Source: a virus (taxonomy: Duplodnaviria; Caudoviricetes). Taken from it: a stretch of DNA of 36,275 bases. Positions 34,623 to 36,275 of the stretch are shown here, piece after piece. Made by a program: the position numbers and the translations under genes. How positions within the stretch are numbered: position 1 is the first letter of the stretch; each line of letters starts with the position of its first letter. The DNA lies in the IMG/VR virus record IMGVR_UViG_3300010373_000093, positions 1-36,275 of that record. One strand, 5' to 3'. The notes under the pieces are model-generated. The model searched no databases. It saw only the letters and a list, made by a program, of their open reading frames with translations, and had not been told where the DNA came from.

Positions 34623-34830
34623 GTTGAGGTTGGATTTCAGGATGTTCGCGGGCGAACTTTTCCAAGTCCACTTGAGGCAGTTGGGGAATTTGCCAGCCCC
34701 ACCACAGGCGATGGATTTCCCCTTCTAAGGCTGTGTCAGTACCATCGTATAGCATCACAATGCCTTCGATGGCCGCAGCTAGACTAAGGCCCAGCACCAT
34801 GCCGATCAGATACCTCTTGAGAATCTTCAT
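34462..34830 (-). CDS. Small membrane protein overlapping both neighbours
   Basis: MKILKRYLIGMVLGLSLAAAIEGIVML N-terminus. The C-terminal half overlaps the next gene out of frame. Confidence 0.45.
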   Translation of the reverse strand: MKILKRYLIGMVLGLSLAAAIEGIVMLYDGTDTALEGEIHRLWWGWQIPQLPQVDLEKFAREHPEIQPQHEKDSSNVSRGSDQPDRSPHGGSDSRLSAHGQARQAPDAGVRSVAQKEVSPSR

Positions 34831-35530
34831 CGCTGTTTCCAATCATGTCATTGAGTTCTTTGAGTCCATTGGGAAGAATGGCGCGCACTGTCTCCATGTC
34901 CGTGCCTTCCAGTTGTTTCATTTCGATAGCTAAGCGTTGTTCCACTTCATCCGTGCGCATGCCATCGGGCAGGCTCTTGGCGACATCGGCGAAGTTGATA
35001 CTAAGCTTACGAACATCAACCTTCTTTGGTTCGTCGAGTCCCCACAATTCCCGCTTGGCCTGGAGGATTTGTAGGATCGTCACCATGTACCGATTATCAG
35101 GTAGCCGGCCTTCACGCTTGTCTACTACCTCCGTCAGTACCATCTCGCCGGTTGGGACGCGCTTCCTTTTACCATCTTCCCCTTCTACCGACTCATAGGC
35201 CGGCTCTTGCTTCTCGGTATGGCTTGTGGCGTCACGCTTTGACTTGAACCAAGCCTGCCACGCTTGCCATAGAGCGTCGTCATACTGCGCTTCTATCTCA
35301 CGTCTGCGCAGGTCTTTGTCTTTTGGTTTCCAATCACCACCGGCTTTGTCGATAGCGATTAGGTCGCGCTGTACTTGCCGTTCCGATTTGCCGACGATCT
35401 TGGCAATGCGCTGCACAGGGCAGCCACGTCTGCGCAGGCGACATATCTTCAATCGCCGCGCATCTATCTCTGACATTGGTACTCGCGCGCCTGCCATAAA
35501 ATCGTTATTCGATAATTTTTCGCTTGTCAC
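34784..35530 (-). CDS. terS: Terminase small subunit
   Basis: N-terminal HTH RRLKICRLRRRG...IAKIVGKSERQVQRDL, AWQAWFKSK and RELWGLDEPKK; upstream of TerL. Confidence 0.8.
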   Translation of the reverse strand: MTSEKLSNNDFMAGARVPMSEIDARRLKICRLRRRGCPVQRIAKIVGKSERQVQRDLIAIDKAGGDWKPKDKDLRRREIEAQYDDALWQAWQAWFKSKRDATSHTEKQEPAYESVEGEDGKRKRVPTGEMVLTEVVDKREGRLPDNRYMVTILQILQAKRELWGLDEPKKVDVRKLSINFADVAKSLPDGMRTDEVEQRLAIEMKQLEGTDMETVRAILPNGLKELNDMIGNSDEDSQEVSDRHGAGP

Positions 35531-35549
35531 AAATTTACGTCAAGTCCTG

Positions 35550-35579
35550 AGCTTACAGACACTTGGCGCATGTCGTCAA
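35550..35579 (-). promoter_or_regulatory. Possible sigma70-type promoter for terS
   Basis: TTGACG-18 nt-TAAGCT upstream of terS. Confidence 0.3.
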
Positions 35580-35744
35580 GACCGACTTAGGCACTTATCA
35601 CGTTTGGTAATCGACCCTTGAACCTGTTCTCGGCCATTTGAGGGGTAATCGCTGGTATACCCCTATCCTTAGCGCACTTACGGCAAATTTTATATCGTCC
35701 TACGTTCCACAGCCAGTAGCCGTAGCGCCCACAGTTCATGCAGA

Positions 35745-36053
35745 CTAATTTGGCTTTTCATCGTGAATCTCCAAGGCTTTTAGAGCCAAGTCTGAAGCAT
35801 TGTCGGGCGGATCGAATGACCAATCATGGCTAGCTTCGTGTCTACCGAAAGCCAGGCACAAGAGCTTGTCTGTTGGAACTAGCTCTTTTCGCCATAATGC
35901 TTCACAAGCCTTGGCAAATAAGCGCAGCTTACGATCCGATAGCCGATTACATCCTGACAGAAAGCCTAATAAGAGATTCGGATTGGTTCTGTTCTCAAGC
36001 CATACCTGTTCGGCATAAGGCATAGACACGCTATCACTGCCCGTAAGCTCCAT
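35745..36053 (-). CDS. Protein of the 'EWL...P..ML.FL...SDRKLRLFA.AC' family known from Gemmataceae
   Basis: EQVWLENRTNPNLLLGFLSGCNRLSDRKLRLFAKAC; family recognised from memory. Confidence 0.6.
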   Translation of the reverse strand: MELTGSDSVSMPYAEQVWLENRTNPNLLLGFLSGCNRLSDRKLRLFAKACEALWRKELVPTDKLLCLAFGRHEASHDWSFDPPDNASDLALKALEIHDEKPN

Positions 36054-36056
36054 TGG

Positions 36057-36275
36057 TTAGTCCTTGCTTTCTTCGGCCATACGCTTAGGAGAAATGGCGC
36101 AACAGCCGCACACGGGGGCACCAACTCGCTCAAAGTCCTTTTTGGCAATCCGTATAGAGCAAGCGCACTCCTGACAGACGAGCTTTATGCTGACGGCTGG
36201 TCGCGCCAAGGTCGTTTTGGCTGGAGTCAAAAGGGCCGAGTGCGGGTAGACCGGCACGCTTTTGAGAAACTCATC
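36057..36275 (-). CDS. C-terminus of SprT-like protein with Zn ribbon (starts outside window)
   Basis: Frame is open from the window edge: DEFLKSVPVYPHSAL...IKLVCQECACSIRI...GAPVCGC. Confidence 0.55.
   Translation of the reverse strand, partial: DEFLKSVPVYPHSALLTPAKTTLARPAVSIKLVCQECACSIRIAKKDFERVGAPVCGCCAISPKRMAEESKD

Noticed and set aside
35530-35690. Imperfect palindromes (CGTCAAGT...ACTTGGCG; repeated GCACTTA) as a pac/cos site
   Set aside because: They are too short and degenerate to support a call without read-terminus data.

Overview
The window is the packaging and virion-morphogenesis arm of a tailed dsDNA phage. It is siphovirus-like, since no sheath or baseplate genes are seen. Almost every gene is on the minus strand and many are translationally coupled. 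Reading right to left: SprT-like fragment; terminase small subunit; a terminase large subunit split into ATPase and nuclease genes about 2 kb apart; dCTP deaminase and small accessory genes; DUF1073-type portal; a His-rich protein; a ~1,220-aa MuF-based polyvalent protein (ADP-ribosyltransferase-like, ParB-like, an uncharacterised domain and a PI3/4-kinase-like domain, plus a nested out-of-frame gene); DUF2213 protease/scaffold; decoration protein; HK97-fold major capsid; a membrane/lipoprotein/papain-peptidase cassette; head-tail connectors; tail tube; tail chaperone with a -1 frameshift; tape measure; tail proteins; a Cys/Thr-rich repeat protein; and a GT2-type glycosyltransferase running off the left edge. 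The host is inferred to be Planctomycetota (Gemmataceae-like), mainly from a 'SDRKLRLFA.AC'-family ORF. All calls rest on motif recognition by eye; no database searches were run.
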